Assembly (NCBI GenBank): GCA_002269645.1
Contig: NIVC01002129.1
Coordinates: 62,001 to 126,000, forward strand
DNA length: 64,000 nucleotides
Reading direction: 5' to 3'
DNA from: Macrostomum lignano
Taxonomy: Eukaryota
Shown: positions 1 through 14,229 of the stretch, piece after piece
Layout of the letters: every line of letters starts with the position of its first letter
Position numbering within the stretch: position 1 is the first letter of the stretch
Position numbers and translations under genes: made by a program
The notes under the pieces: generated by a model
Told to the model about the DNA's origin: nothing
Databases searched by the model: none
Seen by the model: only the letters and a program-made list of their open reading frames with translations

Positions 1-1925
1 GAGGAAGAGTCACATAAAGAACTGAGGGAGAGTCACAAACTGAGGAAGAGTCACATAAAGAACTGAGGGAGAGTCACAAACTGAGGAAGAGTCACAGATA
101 GAACTGAGGGAGAGTCACAAACTGAGGGAGAGTCACATAAAGAACTGAGGGAGAGTCACAAACTGAGGAAGAGTCACAGATAGAACTGAGGGAGAGTCAC
201 AAACTGAGGAAGAGTCACATAAAGAACTGAGGGAGAGTCACAAACTGAGGAAGAGTCACATAAAGAACTGAGGGAGAGTCACAAACTGAGGAAGAGTCAC
301 AGATAGAACTGAGGGAGAGTCACAAACTGAGGAAGAGTCATATAAAGAACTGAGGGAGAGTCACAAACTGAGGAAGAGTCACATAAAGAACTGAGGGAGA
401 GTCACAAACTGAGGAAGAGTCACAGATAGAACTGAGGGAGAGTCACAAACTGAGGAAGAGTCACATAAAGAACTGAGGGAGAGTCACAAACTGAGGAAGA
501 GTCACATAAAGAACTGAGGGAGAGTCACAAACTGAGGAAGAGTCACAGATAGAAATGAGGGAGAGTCACAAACTGAGGAAGAGTCACATAAAGAACTGAG
601 GGAGAGTCACAAACTGAGGAAGAGTCACATAAAGAACTGAGGGAGAGTCACAAACTGAGGAAGAGTCACATAAAGAACTGAAGGAGAGTCACAAACTGAG
701 GAAGAGTCACATAAAGAACTGAGGGAGAGTCACAAACTGAGGAAGAGTCACATAAAGAACTGAGGGAGAGTCACAAACTGAGGAGAGTCACAGATAGAAC
801 TGAGGGAGAGTCACAAACTGAGGAAGAGTCACATAAAGAACTGAGGGAGAGTCACAAACTGAGGAAGAGTCACAGATAGAACTGAGGGAGAGTCACAAAC
901 TGAGGAAGAGTCACATAAAGAACTGAGGGAGAGTCACAAACTGAGGAAGAGTCACATAAAGAACTGAGGGAGAGTCACAAACTGAGGAAGAGTCACAGAT
1001 AGAAATGAGGGAGAGTCACAAACTGAGGAAGAGTCACATAAAGAACTGAGGGAGAGTCACAAACTGAGGAAGAGTCACATAAAGAACTGAGGGAGAGTCA
1101 CAAACTGAGGAAGAGTCACATAAAGAACTGAGGGAGAGTCACAAACTGAGGAAGAGTCACAGATAGAACTGAGGGAGAGTCACAAACTGAGGGAGAGTCA
1201 CAAACTGAGGAAGAGTCACATAAAGAACTGAGGGAGAGTCACAAACTGAGGAAGAGTCACATAAAGAACTGAGGGAGAGTCACAAACTGAGGAAGAGTCA
1301 CATAAAGAACTGAGGGAGAGTCACAAACTGAGGAAGAGTCACAGATAGAAATGAGGGAGAGTCACAAACTGAGGGAGAGTCACATAAAGAACTGAGGGAG
1401 AGTCACAAACTGAGGAAGAGTCACTGATAGAACTGAGGGAGAGTCACAAACTGAGGAAGAGTCACATAAAGAACTGAGGGAGAGTCACAAACTGAGGAAG
1501 AGTCACATAAAGAACTGAGGGAGAGTCACAAACTGAGGAAGAGTCACAGATAGAACTGAGGGAGAGTCACAAACTGAGGAAGAGTCACATAAAGAACTGA
1601 GGGAGAGTCACAAACTGAGGAAGAGTCACATAAAGAACTGAGGGAGAGTCACAAACTGAGGAAGAGTCACAGATAGAACTGAGGGAGAGTCACAAACTGA
1701 GGAAGAGTCACATAAAGAACTGAGGGAGAGTCACAAACTGAGGAAGAGTCACATAAAGAACTGAGGGAGAGTCACAAACTGAGGAAGAGTCACAGATAGA
1801 AATGAGGGAGAGTCACAAACTGAGGGAGAGTCACATAAAGAACTGAGGGAGAGTCACAGATAGAACTGAGGGAGAGTCACAAACTGAGGAAGAGTCACAG
1901 ATAGAACTGAGGGAGAGTCACAGAG
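1..1925. repeat. 41-bp minisatellite (23+18 bp subunits), truncated by the window start
   Basis: GAGGAAGAGTCACATAAAGAACT+GAGGGAGAGTCACAAACT repeated continuously. Confidence 0.97.
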
Positions 1926-2454
1926 TTGAAATTGGGAGAAGACTTAAGAGGGAAAACGGGAATTAAAGTCAGTGAACTTTATCTAAAAAGACGCAGTCTC
2001 CAAGAAACGCATACAGTACATGTAAAATATATGCAATTGAAGCAGAATGCAAAGAAATACGGAGAACTACTACGCTAAGCACTATCAATAAAGCTTGTTT
2101 TCGTTAATTCCACCTCTATTTGAACTTTTTTACTAAGAGGAAGTACTATATACATTGGAAGCTTGCCAAACTAATCATTTACATTAATATGTATTAGCAT
2201 TAACCTTACCTGACATGGTACACTAATCAGTTTGGTGTCGGTAAACCAACAAGCAAGATAAAAGCGACTAAAAGAAAGCAAGCTTACAACACCTGACACG
2301 CTGCTAAAATTTGCTTTTGAGTCAACTTAAATAGAAGCTGAGCGGGGGGGGTAAGGGAAAAGATGCTTGGCGTAACAGACTCGCTTGTCGTGGAGTGCTG
2401 GTTTGACGTGTGATCTGGATTGGCCTGGAAACTTAGGCTATTTGATGAGCCACA

Positions 2455-3230
2455 GGTGCTCTAATCTTATCCATTTGGGCGCTCTAATCTCATCTATTTG
2501 GCGCTCTAATCTCATCCATTTGGGCGCTCTAATCTCATCTATTTGGCGCTCTAATCTCATCCATTTGGGAACTCTAATCTCATCTATTTGGCGCTCTAAT
2601 CTCATCCATTTGGGAACTCTAATCTCATCCATTTGGGCGCTCTAATCTCATCCATTTGGGCGCTCTAATCTCATCCATTTGGGAACTCTAATCTCATCCA
2701 TTTGGGCGCTCTAATCTCATCCATTTGGGCGCTCTAATCTCATCCATTTTGGGCGCTCTAATCTCATCCATTTGGGCGCTCTAATCTCATCCATTTGGGA
2801 ACTCTAATCTCATCCATTTGGGCGCTCTAATCTCATCCATTTGGGCGCTCTTATCTCATCCATTTGGGCGCTCTAATCACATCCATTTGGGCACTCTAAT
2901 CTCATTCATTTGGGCGCTCTAATCACATATATTGAGGCGCTATAATCTCATCTATTTGGGCGCTCTTATCTCATTCATTTGGGCGCTCTAATCTCATCCA
3001 TTTGGGCGCTCTAATCTCATCTATTCAGGCGCTCTAATCTCATCCATTTGGGAACTCTAATATCTTCTATTTTTGAACTTTAATCTCATCTAATCTCGTT
3101 GTTATCTATTTGAAACTCTAATCTCATATCTTTGAGTGCTCTAATCTCATCTATTCGGAAGTCTAACTTCATCTATTTTGGCACTTTAATCTTTCCTATT
3201 CGACACTCTAATCTCACCTTTTTGGCACTC
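2455..3230. repeat. 22-23-bp minisatellite decaying at its right end
   Basis: unit CTCTAATCTCATCCATTTGGGCG; explains ORFs 2385..2645 and 2438..2632. Confidence 0.95.
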
Positions 3231-4049
3231 TCATCTTGCTATCACGCGCGACAGCTGTTGCGCTAATCTTATTCTGATGTATTAATGTCCAGATGTATTG
3301 ATAGATGTCTAGATTTAGACATGCATGAGCACTCCTAGCCAACCACTCGCATTCAACGGTTTTTATAGAGACCGAATCGCACACAAGCCACTATCTCAGC
3401 CCCTCAGTTTAACCCCCGCAAGTGACGGGAAATGTGAAAGATGGTCCACAATTTCAACTGAGCGCCTTTTAAGACTGCTCAATTGCTTCCTGTGAGCAGT
3501 CGCTGTCTTAGGGGGGGGGGTGGGTTGTTACTGCATTTCAGAGCCTTCACCTATAAACTGCAGGCTTGAAAATAAACAGGCCACGCATACTGCAGTTTCG
3601 CTTGTAAATAAACGCATTACCTCAGACTGAAATTGAATGCAACTCACGCAGCCCTCTCTACCTTTTTGATAGCCAGCATCATCGCTCATTTTTTATCCAG
3701 TCTCCTTTCTCATTTTATTCCAGCTTTATTCAATTATCAATTCTTTTTGGCAGTCTTCATTATGCAAAGAAGAGTGAGTTGGTATTAGGCTGGGATGTGA
3801 TCCATCTGTGTCCACAAGAATTAACCTCAGTTTGGGTGGCCTCTTGATATTTCCACCTAGACTAAATTTATTGCCTTATTTATGCTCGCATTTTACGGTT
3901 TTTCTATAATAGTGCAGTATAGATTCCATAACTATATCGTCAACCAACTGTTAAGATTGTGTTGTCCGCACACTCTTTATTGGGTCTTGCACTTGCATGC
4001 AACTATGCATGATGGTTCTTGTAAAGTTCTGAAAGCCATTGTGATGCCA

Positions 4050-4735
4050 AACTTTGGGATGGGAAACTTCTGGGGATGGGAAATTTCTGGGATGGGAAAC
4101 TTTTGGGATGGGAAACTTCTGGGATGGGAAACTTCTGGGATGGGAAATTTCTGGGATGGGAAATTTCTGGGATGGGAAATTTCTGGGATGGGAAACTTTT
4201 GGGATGGGAAATTTCTGGGATGGTAAACTTCTGGGATGGGAAATTTCTGGGATGGGAAACTTTTGGGTTGGGAAACTTCTAGGATAGGAAATTTCTGGGA
4301 TGGGAAATTTCTGGGATGGGAAACTTTTGGGATGGGAAATTTCTGGGATGGGAAACTTCTGGGATGGGAAACTTCTGGGATTGGAAAATTAACTTCTAGG
4401 ATGGGAAACTTCTAGGATGGGAAACTTCTAGGATAGGAAATTTCTGGGATGGGAAACTTCTAGGATAGGAAATTTCTGGGACGGTAAACTTCTAGGATGG
4501 AAAACTTCTAGGATGGAAAACTTCTAGGATGGAAAACTTCTAGGATGGAAAACTTCTATGATGGAAAACTTCTAGGATAGGAAATTTCTGGGATGGGAAA
4601 CTTCTAGGATAGGAAATTTCTGGGACGGTAAACTTCTAGGAAAACTTCTAGAATAGGAAATTTCTGGGATGGGAAACTTCTAGGATGGGAAACTTCTAGG
4701 ATAGGAAATTTCTGGGATGGGAAACTTCTAACGAT
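4050..4735. repeat. 17-bp G-rich minisatellite
   Basis: unit TCTGGGATGGGAAACTT with AGGATAGG variants. Confidence 0.95.
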
Positions 4736-5724
4736 GGAAGTTAAAGATAGAAAATAGTACAGGTCACGAAACCCTTTTGCCGTCAAAAGTTATAAGTTCT
4801 ATTGTTCGAATTTTTATGTACATACGTGTAAACAATTATTTCTTGCTTTGACGCTATTCAGTGCTTTGACGTCACTTTGTGCACTAAATTTTGGGCGAGA
4901 CTCGTTTAAATTATAGCTTAGTTTACACAGGTATATATGCACTGCTTCGTTGTTATCTATAAACCTACCTGACATTGAGACAAAAAACTGCCACATACAA
5001 AGAAAGAAAGCTGGTACATTTTAAACAATAGAATCTGTATAATTTATGCAAAGCGAGAGATATTTGTTTTGTTGAAGGCTGGAAAAGACTGAGTGAGACT
5101 TAAGGAAAGGGCTTTTTGTAATTAATGCAGGGTGGTTACAGCTAGCTATAGTTGTTGTTTTCGTAGGGTCAATGTGTCTTTTTTATTTCGTTGTGTATTA
5201 AATAGAAGCAGCTGATCAACAAAATGACGTTGTATAGAGATGGGTGCGCCAGAGATTACGTGCGTGACTCTAATACTGCTAAAAGTTTCAGCAATGGTGC
5301 GAACGATTGTAGATCTTAAAGAAATTTTCTAAAGCAACCAAAAGAAGAAACTGTAATTTGCTTCTTCCGAGCAGTAAATTTGTTATAGGTGGGCTCTTCG
5401 GTAACAGAGTAACACTATAGTGTGTGACAGTCTGAAAACTATATTGTCTAACTGGGGCATTACATGGTAAACACTTCCAATTGTCTTGATTAGAATGCAC
5501 AGCTAGCGGATCGATCTAGCGGTTGCGAGATCTGTACTACATTTAATAAGTAACTATAGCGAACGCTACGAACGTAATCGTACCTAAAAAGTTAAACAAT
5601 CGACCCTTTTTAACGGTCGAAACCCTACCTAACAGATTACACAAATACGTCTGGTTGTATGTATGTAGTATATTGCCTGTATGTACCGCTAAAAAGACTG
5701 CCGTATAGAAGTAAGTGCAAAACA

Positions 5725-5935
5725 TTTAGCGGTTGTGAAGTTTCGCGGTTATGAAGCAATTCGCGGTTGTGAAAGTAGAGATGACATTTAGCGGTTGTGA
5801 AGTTTCGCGTTTATGAAATTTAGCGCTTATGAAAGTAGGTGATTTAGCGGTTGTGAAGTTTCGCGCTTGTGAAGTTTCGCGTTTATGAGAGTGACTTCAA
5901 AAAATTGGCGGTTATGAAATTTCGCATTTGTGAAA
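5725..5935. repeat. diverged short tandem repeat
   Basis: repeated GCGGTTGTGAAGTTTC / GCGTTTATGAA motifs. Confidence 0.7.
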
Positions 5936-6700
5936 CCAACCCAGCTTCTCTTAACGATTACAATACATTGCATTAAATTTATGTTGATCAATAGCCCACA
6001 TTATAAGTTTTATTTATTTATTAATTTTAATTGACATTATAAAAAAACTCTTTTTTACTCAACAATCATAATAGTTAAATTACATATTTGTTTTAGCTTG
6101 TAAAATATTTACTGTATTTTCTAAATTTTTTAATTCTAGAAAATAAGAATTGAAATTTTATAAAGCATCAAAGTTGCATGTCGTTTTTGCTTGCTTTATT
6201 TTATTTGTTCTATAAATTTAGACATGTTGGGTAAAAGAAAAATGCGTATTTCTATTTCTAGCCTACTGTCATTTCTAAAAAATAATTATTTCTAGTTGAA
6301 ACATCTGGCTTTTGGCTTCTATTGAGTATTGACCATAGTAGAGTGCTTTCTAAGTTTCTATGCTTGAAATTGAATGGTAGGCCTACCATGCGCAACCCCC
6401 TTAATTATACTGGCCGTGTGTCTTACTTTTTGACCTAAAAGGCGACTTACCTGTAAATAAAAGAAGTCTTGTTTCAGACAACTGGGAATGTATATTTTAA
6501 TATTTTACATAAGGCTATAGCCATAGGCTATATCGCCTATATGACTTAATAGGATTTAAAGAGTTATTTTGTTTCATATTTTAAGGCAGTGCATGTAAAA
6601 TAGCTTAAGCATAAAAATGCCTTATTATCTAACTATGTCTGCATTTTTTGGGTAGTCATTTTTGTGATTTATCCCTGATCTATTCACAATTACTGGTGGC

Positions 6701-7289
6701 CAGACTCGGGATGGTATACATGTACGCCGGAAAATTCCGGCGTACAGAGGGACCTAGATTACACATTGGCGTACAACTTGGCGTACAAAGGCGCCTGGCG
6801 TGCCCTCTTGGCGTACAGCTTGGCGTATAGAGATTGCCGAGACCAGCAGGTGGGACCAAAAGTTCCGAGTCCCAACAATCAATCTACATAATTAGCATAC
6901 AAAAATGATAAAGTTTGCATTTGGCATAGTTTCCATGTACATAGTTACAGTAGCTAAATTTTGATCAGAAAGAATGGCTGGCCCTTTATGAAAAAAACGG
7001 AAAACTAAATTTAAAAAACCGGGCTTAACCTTTTCAAGAAAGTAAAAGTAAAACAAAATTAGTTAAAATGAACTAGTTCTCTACAGTTTAGTAAAAAGAT
7101 TTTTAGTTTTAACACATAGGTTGATCAAATATTAAAATTTTGCAAGCTTTTAATATTAGTTGTAGTTTGTAATTTCTATTTTGGCGTATTTTTGTATGCG
7201 ATAAAAAGTTCGTTGGCGTACATTGGCGTGCATGAGCTACGGAAGCAATTTTCGTTCCGGCGTACAGCGGTACACGATCCTGACCCTGG
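6701..7289. mobile_element. non-autonomous TIR DNA transposon (MITE, hAT/P-like)
   Basis: imperfect TIRs (CAGACTCGGGATGGTATACATGTACGCCGGAA versus reverse complement of the right end, CAGGGTCAGGATCGTGTACCGCTGTACGCCGGAA); flanking direct repeat CTGGTGGC at 6693-6700 and 7290-7297; subterminal GGCGTACA repeats. Confidence 0.7.
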
Positions 7290-9615
7290 CTGGTGGCTAG
7301 ATTGGCTAGGTTGACTAATAGTTGCACATATATGCTATGCATGTTATATTAGTCTATCTTTGTAGTACAAATAATTTATAAATCAATTTATAATATTAGA
7401 CTATCTTTGTAGTACAAATAATTTATAAATCAATTTATAAAGTAAGTTTGCCATTGTCTATTGTCTAGTTTAGTTAAGATATGAGGGCTTTCTAAAATTT
7501 ATAGTATTTTTGTTAGAATTATATTCAATTTTAGATTTTGTACTCCATAAGTTACATAGTCCCCTTTATTGCCAATAGCCATTATAAAATACTATTTCAT
7601 AGTCATTTCTTACTTATTTGATTAGTAGATAACAAAGTAAGCAATACTAGGTAGTTAATGACAAAGTGGTAAATAATAAAATGTCTAGGAACCTAATAAA
7701 GATACTACAATTGATTAGCTTGATCTGATCTTAGAAAGATTATATACATATTTAATTGGCTCTAGTTGCAACTTATTTTTTGTTTTCTTTTTCTTTTTTC
7801 TTATGTTTTCCCTTTATTTCTTTTCTTTCTTGCTTTGATCATTCAACCTCCTTGTTGCCTAAGTAGAAAAAACATAAATATAGAAAATATGACAATGAAT
7901 ATAAGGTGCAACTTTGCAAGAGTTATCTATTAAATACAAAAGATTTGTCTTTTTATGCTTGTTTTGTCTGAATATATTCCAAGAAAATTCCATTGAGAAA
8001 AATAGTTTTATACAAGCTATTATATTGCACTTTCTTTTATTCCCATAATTTTCTATAGCTATAGCTAGTAGTTATAATAAATAAATAAAGAAAACACAAT
8101 CCTAACTTAGCTTCTAGGGGTTGCAGGTTGCAGCAAGACAACTTTTACAATATATGTGCATTCACCATGGCCAGACAAAGACCAATATATTAATTGTAGA
8201 CTGCAGATGTTCCCCTTTTATCCCATTGGTAAAAGTCTAGTCAATAATATAATTTTAGAGTTCCTAGTCAGTTTGCCAGCCATGTATAGCCAGTTGGAAT
8301 ATGTTATGTATCTACTTCTAGGAAGTAGGTCTGGCCCTCTATGTGACTAGTCATACATGTGCAACCTCCAAAATTCAGTCAGCCATGCAACTTAGTTTTA
8401 ACAAAAATGCGACGTAGTTTTTGGGCAAAAATGCAACTTACATTTAAAAAAACCCTAAAGCAAAATTAACGCCTCTTCTTTAGCACAGAACACGCTACTT
8501 AAGTCCTCTGATTCCGCCTGGGTTGCCAGGCTAGCCATGACAGGAAATAGGCATTACTATGTTAGTTGGTGTTCTTATAGTAAATTTTGGTTATAGGTCG
8601 TTCATGTGAGCGCTCACTGCTGCAGACATGCAAGGGGCTGTGTGAACCCTGGTGCACTTTAAGCGACATTGTCACACAACTAGCTAGAGGCATTACTGCC
8701 CAGTCCACTAACTTCTCTGAGCAGGCACTCAAGCGCGCAGATATCTACTCTTGTTTTGGCATGTACTTTGCCTTGGGGGTTGGCCATTCTTTGGCCCAAA
8801 GACACTTGTCAGAGAGGCTGGTGATTGGTGATGATAGTGAATCTTCTAGCCGTAGATATGGCTGCAGTACTTCTTGATGCCAAAGATGATTGGCAATGAT
8901 CTCAAATCTTCTCAGTTCTTTTTGAAAGATTGAAAATGATGGCCAGTGCTTCATTTTTATCTGATTAACACTCTTATTTAGAAGGCTGTAGCCTAGTGCA
9001 GCGCTTGTATGTTCCAGCGGCTCAAGCTCGATTCCAAGTGCAGTCACATTAGTCCAGAGCTAAATGGGAATCTCAGTTTGGGTCTGCTGGTGGAATTAAC
9101 ACCCCTGAGGGCCAACCACCAAAGCACAGTGAAGTGTGACATGCCTAATGGTAAATAGTTAGGACTGCTATACACTCCTGTGTGAGTGTGTGCCCTGAGT
9201 GTATGACTGCGTAGGTATCCGCGCGCTTGTGTGCCTGTTCAGGGGAGTCAGCGGAATGGGCAGCAATGCCACTCGCCGGTTGTGAGACAATGTCGCATAA
9301 AGTGCGCCAGGGTGCACACATCTGTTACCGTTTGTAGTTTTCATAGAAATTATCAATAGGGTTAGTCAGATTTGAAGTATAAAAATCCAACTGTAAATCA
9401 TTCTGAATTATATGCACTTGTAATGTGCTTTACGAAATTATGTCTACCGTTGAAAGAGAGTGTTTTTTTCTGATTGGCCCTACAGGCATCATCCAATGGT
9501 AATTCCTCAGTGTTGAAAACACCCCCATATAATATATAGTAAAAATGCAGCAAAATAGGGATTTCTACAATCCACTCTTGTTTCCTTTAAGATTATTAGT
9601 TAAAAAAAAGACAGA

Positions 9616-10497
9616 ATGAAGTGTCACAAGCTAATCAGTTCTCTACTCTGTTTAGCCCTGCTGTTGTCCAACTGCTCCTGTCAGACCCACCTGACTAGGA
9701 GCGTCTCCGGCAGCGGCATCAGCGTTGTTGGCGGCGCCGGCTCCAGCAACCCGGCAGATCTCATGGCTCCAACATATCACAGGCGTCAGGACGAGTACAG
9801 CCTGGCTGTCAACTGCACCCCGGGCCTGTCGAAGTCCGCTGCAGCAGCTTACAGTGTTGAACAGCCGCCACCGGCGATCACCATTGCTGCCACAGCGGCC
9901 GGAGCCACCACGGCAACCAGTTCCCCAGCTAGACTGAACTGGCTAGTGCGGCCGGCCGACATCTACGAGCTGTCAATCATTCACAAGCCAATCATAGCTT
10001 TCAATATCAATCCGAATTGTCAGCTGGCCTATCCGGCCGCCTCGACGCCTTCGAATCTGTTCGACTTGATTGAATCTGGCAATTTTGTGGCCCTAGTTAG
10101 CGCTCGAGTGTGCACCCTGCTGCAGCTGGTGCAAGCTGTACGCCAGCTGTCTCCGTTTGCTAAGCTCTTTCTACTCCGGGATATTGCCGAACGGGCTCCG
10201 CTGCCTCAGCTGTTTAATCCGGCTGATGAGGCTAGCTTGCAGCATCCGCTAGGTCTGTACGTGCTGGCCTACACCGGACAAGCCGGTTCGCCCAGTCGCT
10301 TAGCCGAGGACCTGTTGAACCGGAGCTGCAGTGTCAGTATTAATTATCGCCTGTCTATGCTGGATAATCTCATTAATAAAACCTCCGTACTGTTTGTGTC
10401 CGTGTCCTTCATACTGCTCATGATAATTAGCCTATCCTGGTTGGTGTTCTATTATGTGCAGAGATTCCGCTATTTGCACGCTAAGGAGCGTCTATCG
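9616..10497 (+). CDS. Goliath/RNF130-family PA-TM-RING E3 ligase, exon 1 (signal peptide, divergent luminal/PA region, TM helix)
   Basis: [22 protein letters not shown] signal peptide; [37 protein letters not shown] matches the family TM/juxtamembrane motif; phase-0 donor TCG|GTAATG at 10498. Confidence 0.92.
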
Positions 10498-10583
10498 GTA
10501 ATGCTATTTTTGCTGCTGTTTTACTATTACTTTCGATACATATCGGACTATGCTAACATAATTTTTTGTCTGTTATAATTCAG

Positions 10584-10655
10584 CGTCGACTTGGTAATGC
10601 AGCTAAAAAGGCTTTGACAATGATTCCCGTGAGGATTCTTAAACCTGGAGACAAG
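10584..10655 (+). CDS. Goliath/RNF130-family gene, exon 2
   Basis: TTCAG| acceptor, RRLGNAAKKALTMIPVRILKPGDK, AAG|GTAAAT donor; 72 bp, phase 0. Confidence 0.92.
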
Positions 10656-10816
10656 GTAAATTTGTGGTTTGATTTTTTAGATGAGGCTAATGAAATACAA
10701 TATATTAGATTTCAGGAGACTAATACTAGAGATTTTCTTAGATTAGCAGTTGAGATATTTGAGGCTGATTGAGATTCTATGAGACTATCAGTAAGAGTTT
10801 ATTTTTAAAAGACCAT

Positions 10817-11430
10817 GGGCGAGAATTTATGACCCTATGGATGAGAGTTTATGACCCTATGGGTGAGAGTTTATGACCCTATGGGTGAGAGTTTATGACC
10901 CTATGGGTGAGAGTTTATGACCCTATGGATGAGAATTTATGACCCTATGGATGAGAATTTATGACCCTATGGGTGAGAGTTTATGACCCTATGGGTGAGA
11001 GTTTATGACCCTATGGATGAAAGTTTATGACCCTATGGGTGAGAGTTTATGACCCTATGGATGAGAGTTTATGACCCTATGGGTGAGAATTTATGACCCT
11101 ATGGGTGAGAGTTTATGACCCTATGGGTGAGAGTTTATGACCCTATGGATGAGAGTTTATGACCCTATGGATGAAAGTTTATGACCCTATGGATGAGAGT
11201 TTATGACCCTATGGATGAGAGTTTATGACCCTATGGATGAGAGTTTATGACCCTATGGGTGAGAGTTTATGACCCTATGGATGAGAGTTTATGACCCTAT
11301 GGGTGAGAGTTTATGACCCTATGGGTGAGAGTTTATGACCCTATGGATGAAAGTTTATGACCCTATGGGCTATGGGTGAGAGTTTATGACCCTATGGGTG
11401 AGTTTATGGCCCTATGGGTGAGAAACTATG
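10817..11430. repeat. 22-bp intronic minisatellite
   Basis: unit GAGAGTTTATGACCCTATGGGT. Confidence 0.96.
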
Positions 11431-11949
11431 ATCCTACAGGTGATGGGTGGAAATTTGAAAGCAAGATTTCTTATGGGAAAATTTTCCTGAAAAGCAGCGA
11501 AAGAGAGTGCTTTTTGAATGTTGACGTGTTGAGTGCGGGTGAATGTTGACGACAGCACCAAAAAAACTGTCTCGATTCGTGCAGGTGACAATAATTAATT
11601 ACTAGGAATGAGATTTTTTCTGCAGTGGCTCACGTGTTCTAAGCAGATCTTTGTCAGAGAAAATTGCCTCTTTTTTATTATTGCGGGTCTTCGCGTGCTT
11701 CCCTTGATAGGCCCTGTGCGTCAGTCTGCCTGGTTGCTTATTGCTCACGTGCCTCATCTCTTTGATGAGGCATCCTCTCTTCTTTGATGAGGCATCTGTG
11801 AAACTGGCGTTGCTCGCCTCACTGCTTTATTAGCATATGTTTATTAGCGAATAATTGCACTCTGTCTGATTTATAATTATGGCTAATAGTGACTAATTAA
11901 GTATAAAAATCCTCGCCTTTTTCTAGCTACTAAAATGTATATTGCTAGT

Positions 11950-12330
11950 TACTAGTATGCAGATTACTAGTTACTAGAATTCAGATTACTAGTTACTAGA
12001 ATTCAGATTACTAGTTAATAGAATTCAGATTACTAGTTAATAGAATTCAGATTACTAGTTAATAGAATTCAGATTACTAGTTACTAGAATTCAGATTACT
12101 AGTTAATAGAATTCAGATTACTAGTTACTAGAATTCAGATTACTAGCTACTAGAATACAGATTGCTAGTTACTAGAATTCAGATTACTAGTTACTAGAAT
12201 TCAGATTACCAGTTACTAGAATGCAGATTACTAGTTACTAGAATTACTAGAATTACTAGAGTTACTAGTTACTAGAATTCAGATTGCTAGCTACTAGAAT
12301 TCAGATGCTAGTTACTAGAATGTAGATGAC
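11950..12330. repeat. 22-bp intronic minisatellite
   Basis: unit GATTACTAGTTACTAGAATTCA. Confidence 0.95.
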
Positions 12331-12902
12331 TAGTCCATTGCTATACTAATAGCTTAATAAATAGAGAATGCAGACACTTCAAAAAAATTTGTAGAAAAAT
12401 TTTCATTGTATACTAGGGGGCCCTAGTTGTATGATCGAAATTTAGTAACAAAACAAACGAACAAACGAACGAAACAAAATTTAGTATGCGATGCATATGA
12501 ATAATAACATGACTAATTCTACCATCAAACAAAGATCTCAGACTAGCTAACTTTAACCAAACAGTTAAAGCGTATTGATTGGGGAGCTGTGGGAATATGT
12601 AGGAATCCTCTCTAATAGTTCCACAATGGAAGCTGAGCTATAGGTTAGTTGAGTAGCTGCTCACGTGTGTCTGTCATGGTCTGACTTATTGACAGCTAAA
12701 TGCAAACTGTGTTTTTTATATAAAATGGATAGCGTGGGCGTTCTCGCCAGATGGAAGCTGTTTTTTGCTAGATAATAATAAAATAATAGTCATAGCACTT
12801 GGCTATTTATTGGATAATTGGTTTTTATACGATTTATACTGATTTTTTATGTCTGTTATTCATGTATCGATCGATTTTGTCCATCAAACACCCTTGATCC
12901 AG

Positions 12903-12985
12903 GATTTCGTCTGGATTGGAGACCAATGCGCTGTCTGCATTGAGCCGTATCGTGTGTCCGATGCTGTCCGAATTCTGCCCTGCAA
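12903..12985 (+). CDS. Goliath/RNF130-family gene, exon 3 (N-terminal half of RING-H2)
   Basis: TCCAG| acceptor, DFVWIGDQCAVCIEPYRVSDAVRILPC(K), AA|GTGAGT donor, phase 2; not in the ORF track. Confidence 0.93.
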
Positions 12986-12994
12986 GTGAGTAGG

Positions 12995-13795
12995 CAGGAG
13001 AGGGGGGTAGGAGGAGGAAGGGAGGGTAAGAGGGTGAAGAGGGGGTAAGAGAGTGAAGGGAGTGTAAGAGGGTGAAGGGAGGGTAAGAGAGTGAACGGAG
13101 GGTAAGAGGGTGAACGGAGGGTAAGAGAGTGAAGGGAGGGTAAGAGGGTGAAGAGGGGGTAAGAGAGTGAAGGGAGTGTAAGAGGGTGAAGGGAGGGTAA
13201 GAGAGTGAACGGAGGGTAAGAGAGTGAACGGAGGGTAAGAGAGTGAACGGAGGGTAAGAGGGTGAAAGGAGGGTAAGAGAGTGAAGGGAGTGTAAGAGGG
13301 TGAAGGGAGGGTAAGAGAGTGAACGGAGGGTAAGAGAGTGAACGGAGGGTAAGAGGGTGAAAGGAGGGTAAGAGAGTGAAGGGAGTGTAAGAGGGTGAAG
13401 GGAGGGTAAGAGAGTGAACGGAGGGTAAGAGAGTGAACGGAGGGTAAGAGGGTGAAAGGAGGGTAAGAGAGTGAAGGGAGTGTAAGAGGGTGAAGGGAGG
13501 GTAAGAGAGTGAACGGAGGGTAAGAGAGTGAACGGAGGGTAAGAGAGTGAAAGGAGGGTAAGAGAGTGAAGGGAGGGTAAGAGAGTGAACGGAGGGTAAG
13601 AGGGTGAAGGGAGGGTGAGAGGGTGAAGGAAGGGTAAGAGGATGAAAGGAGGTTAAGAGGGTAAAAGGAAGGTAAGAGGGTAAAAGGGGGGGTAAGAGGG
13701 TAAAAGGAGGGTAAGAGAGTGAAGGGGATAAGAGGGTGAAGGGAGGGTAGGAGAATGATAGGAGGGTGAGAGGGTAAGAGGGTGAAGGGCGGGGA
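12995..13795. repeat. 19-bp purine-rich intronic minisatellite
   Basis: unit GGAGGGTAAGAGAGTGAAC; explains the 324-aa minus-strand ORF. Confidence 0.95.
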
Positions 13796-14229
13796 GAGGG
13801 TGCAGTGGTGTTAATAATCTGTGGGCTCAAGTTACAATAGCATTATAATTCGCAGATAAGTAAAAAATGGAAAAATTTGCACAGCTTATTCAAGGCCATA
13901 CAGCCGCTTGCAATCATATTTTCAGCCATTTTTCCCTATTCCCTAGGGAAATGCAATCTTTCAGGCAGGCTTTCACTGGAAAAGTGGGAAGAAATTCCAC
14001 TAAGTACCGTATTTTTTGTACCCTTCCAGAGGAATTTATGTAGATAGGGTGGTGCAGTGGGCTGTGCTTAACTCCTAATCCAGGCCAATATGTCCGCTAC
14101 TAACCATTTGCCCTTTGTACTTTTGCCCAAGCAGATTGGGGAACTATGCATTATTTATTGCCTCCTGCTGCTTTTAGCGAGAAACTATATAGCATATTCT
14201 TTGCGATTTGCTGGTCTTCTTCCATTGTG

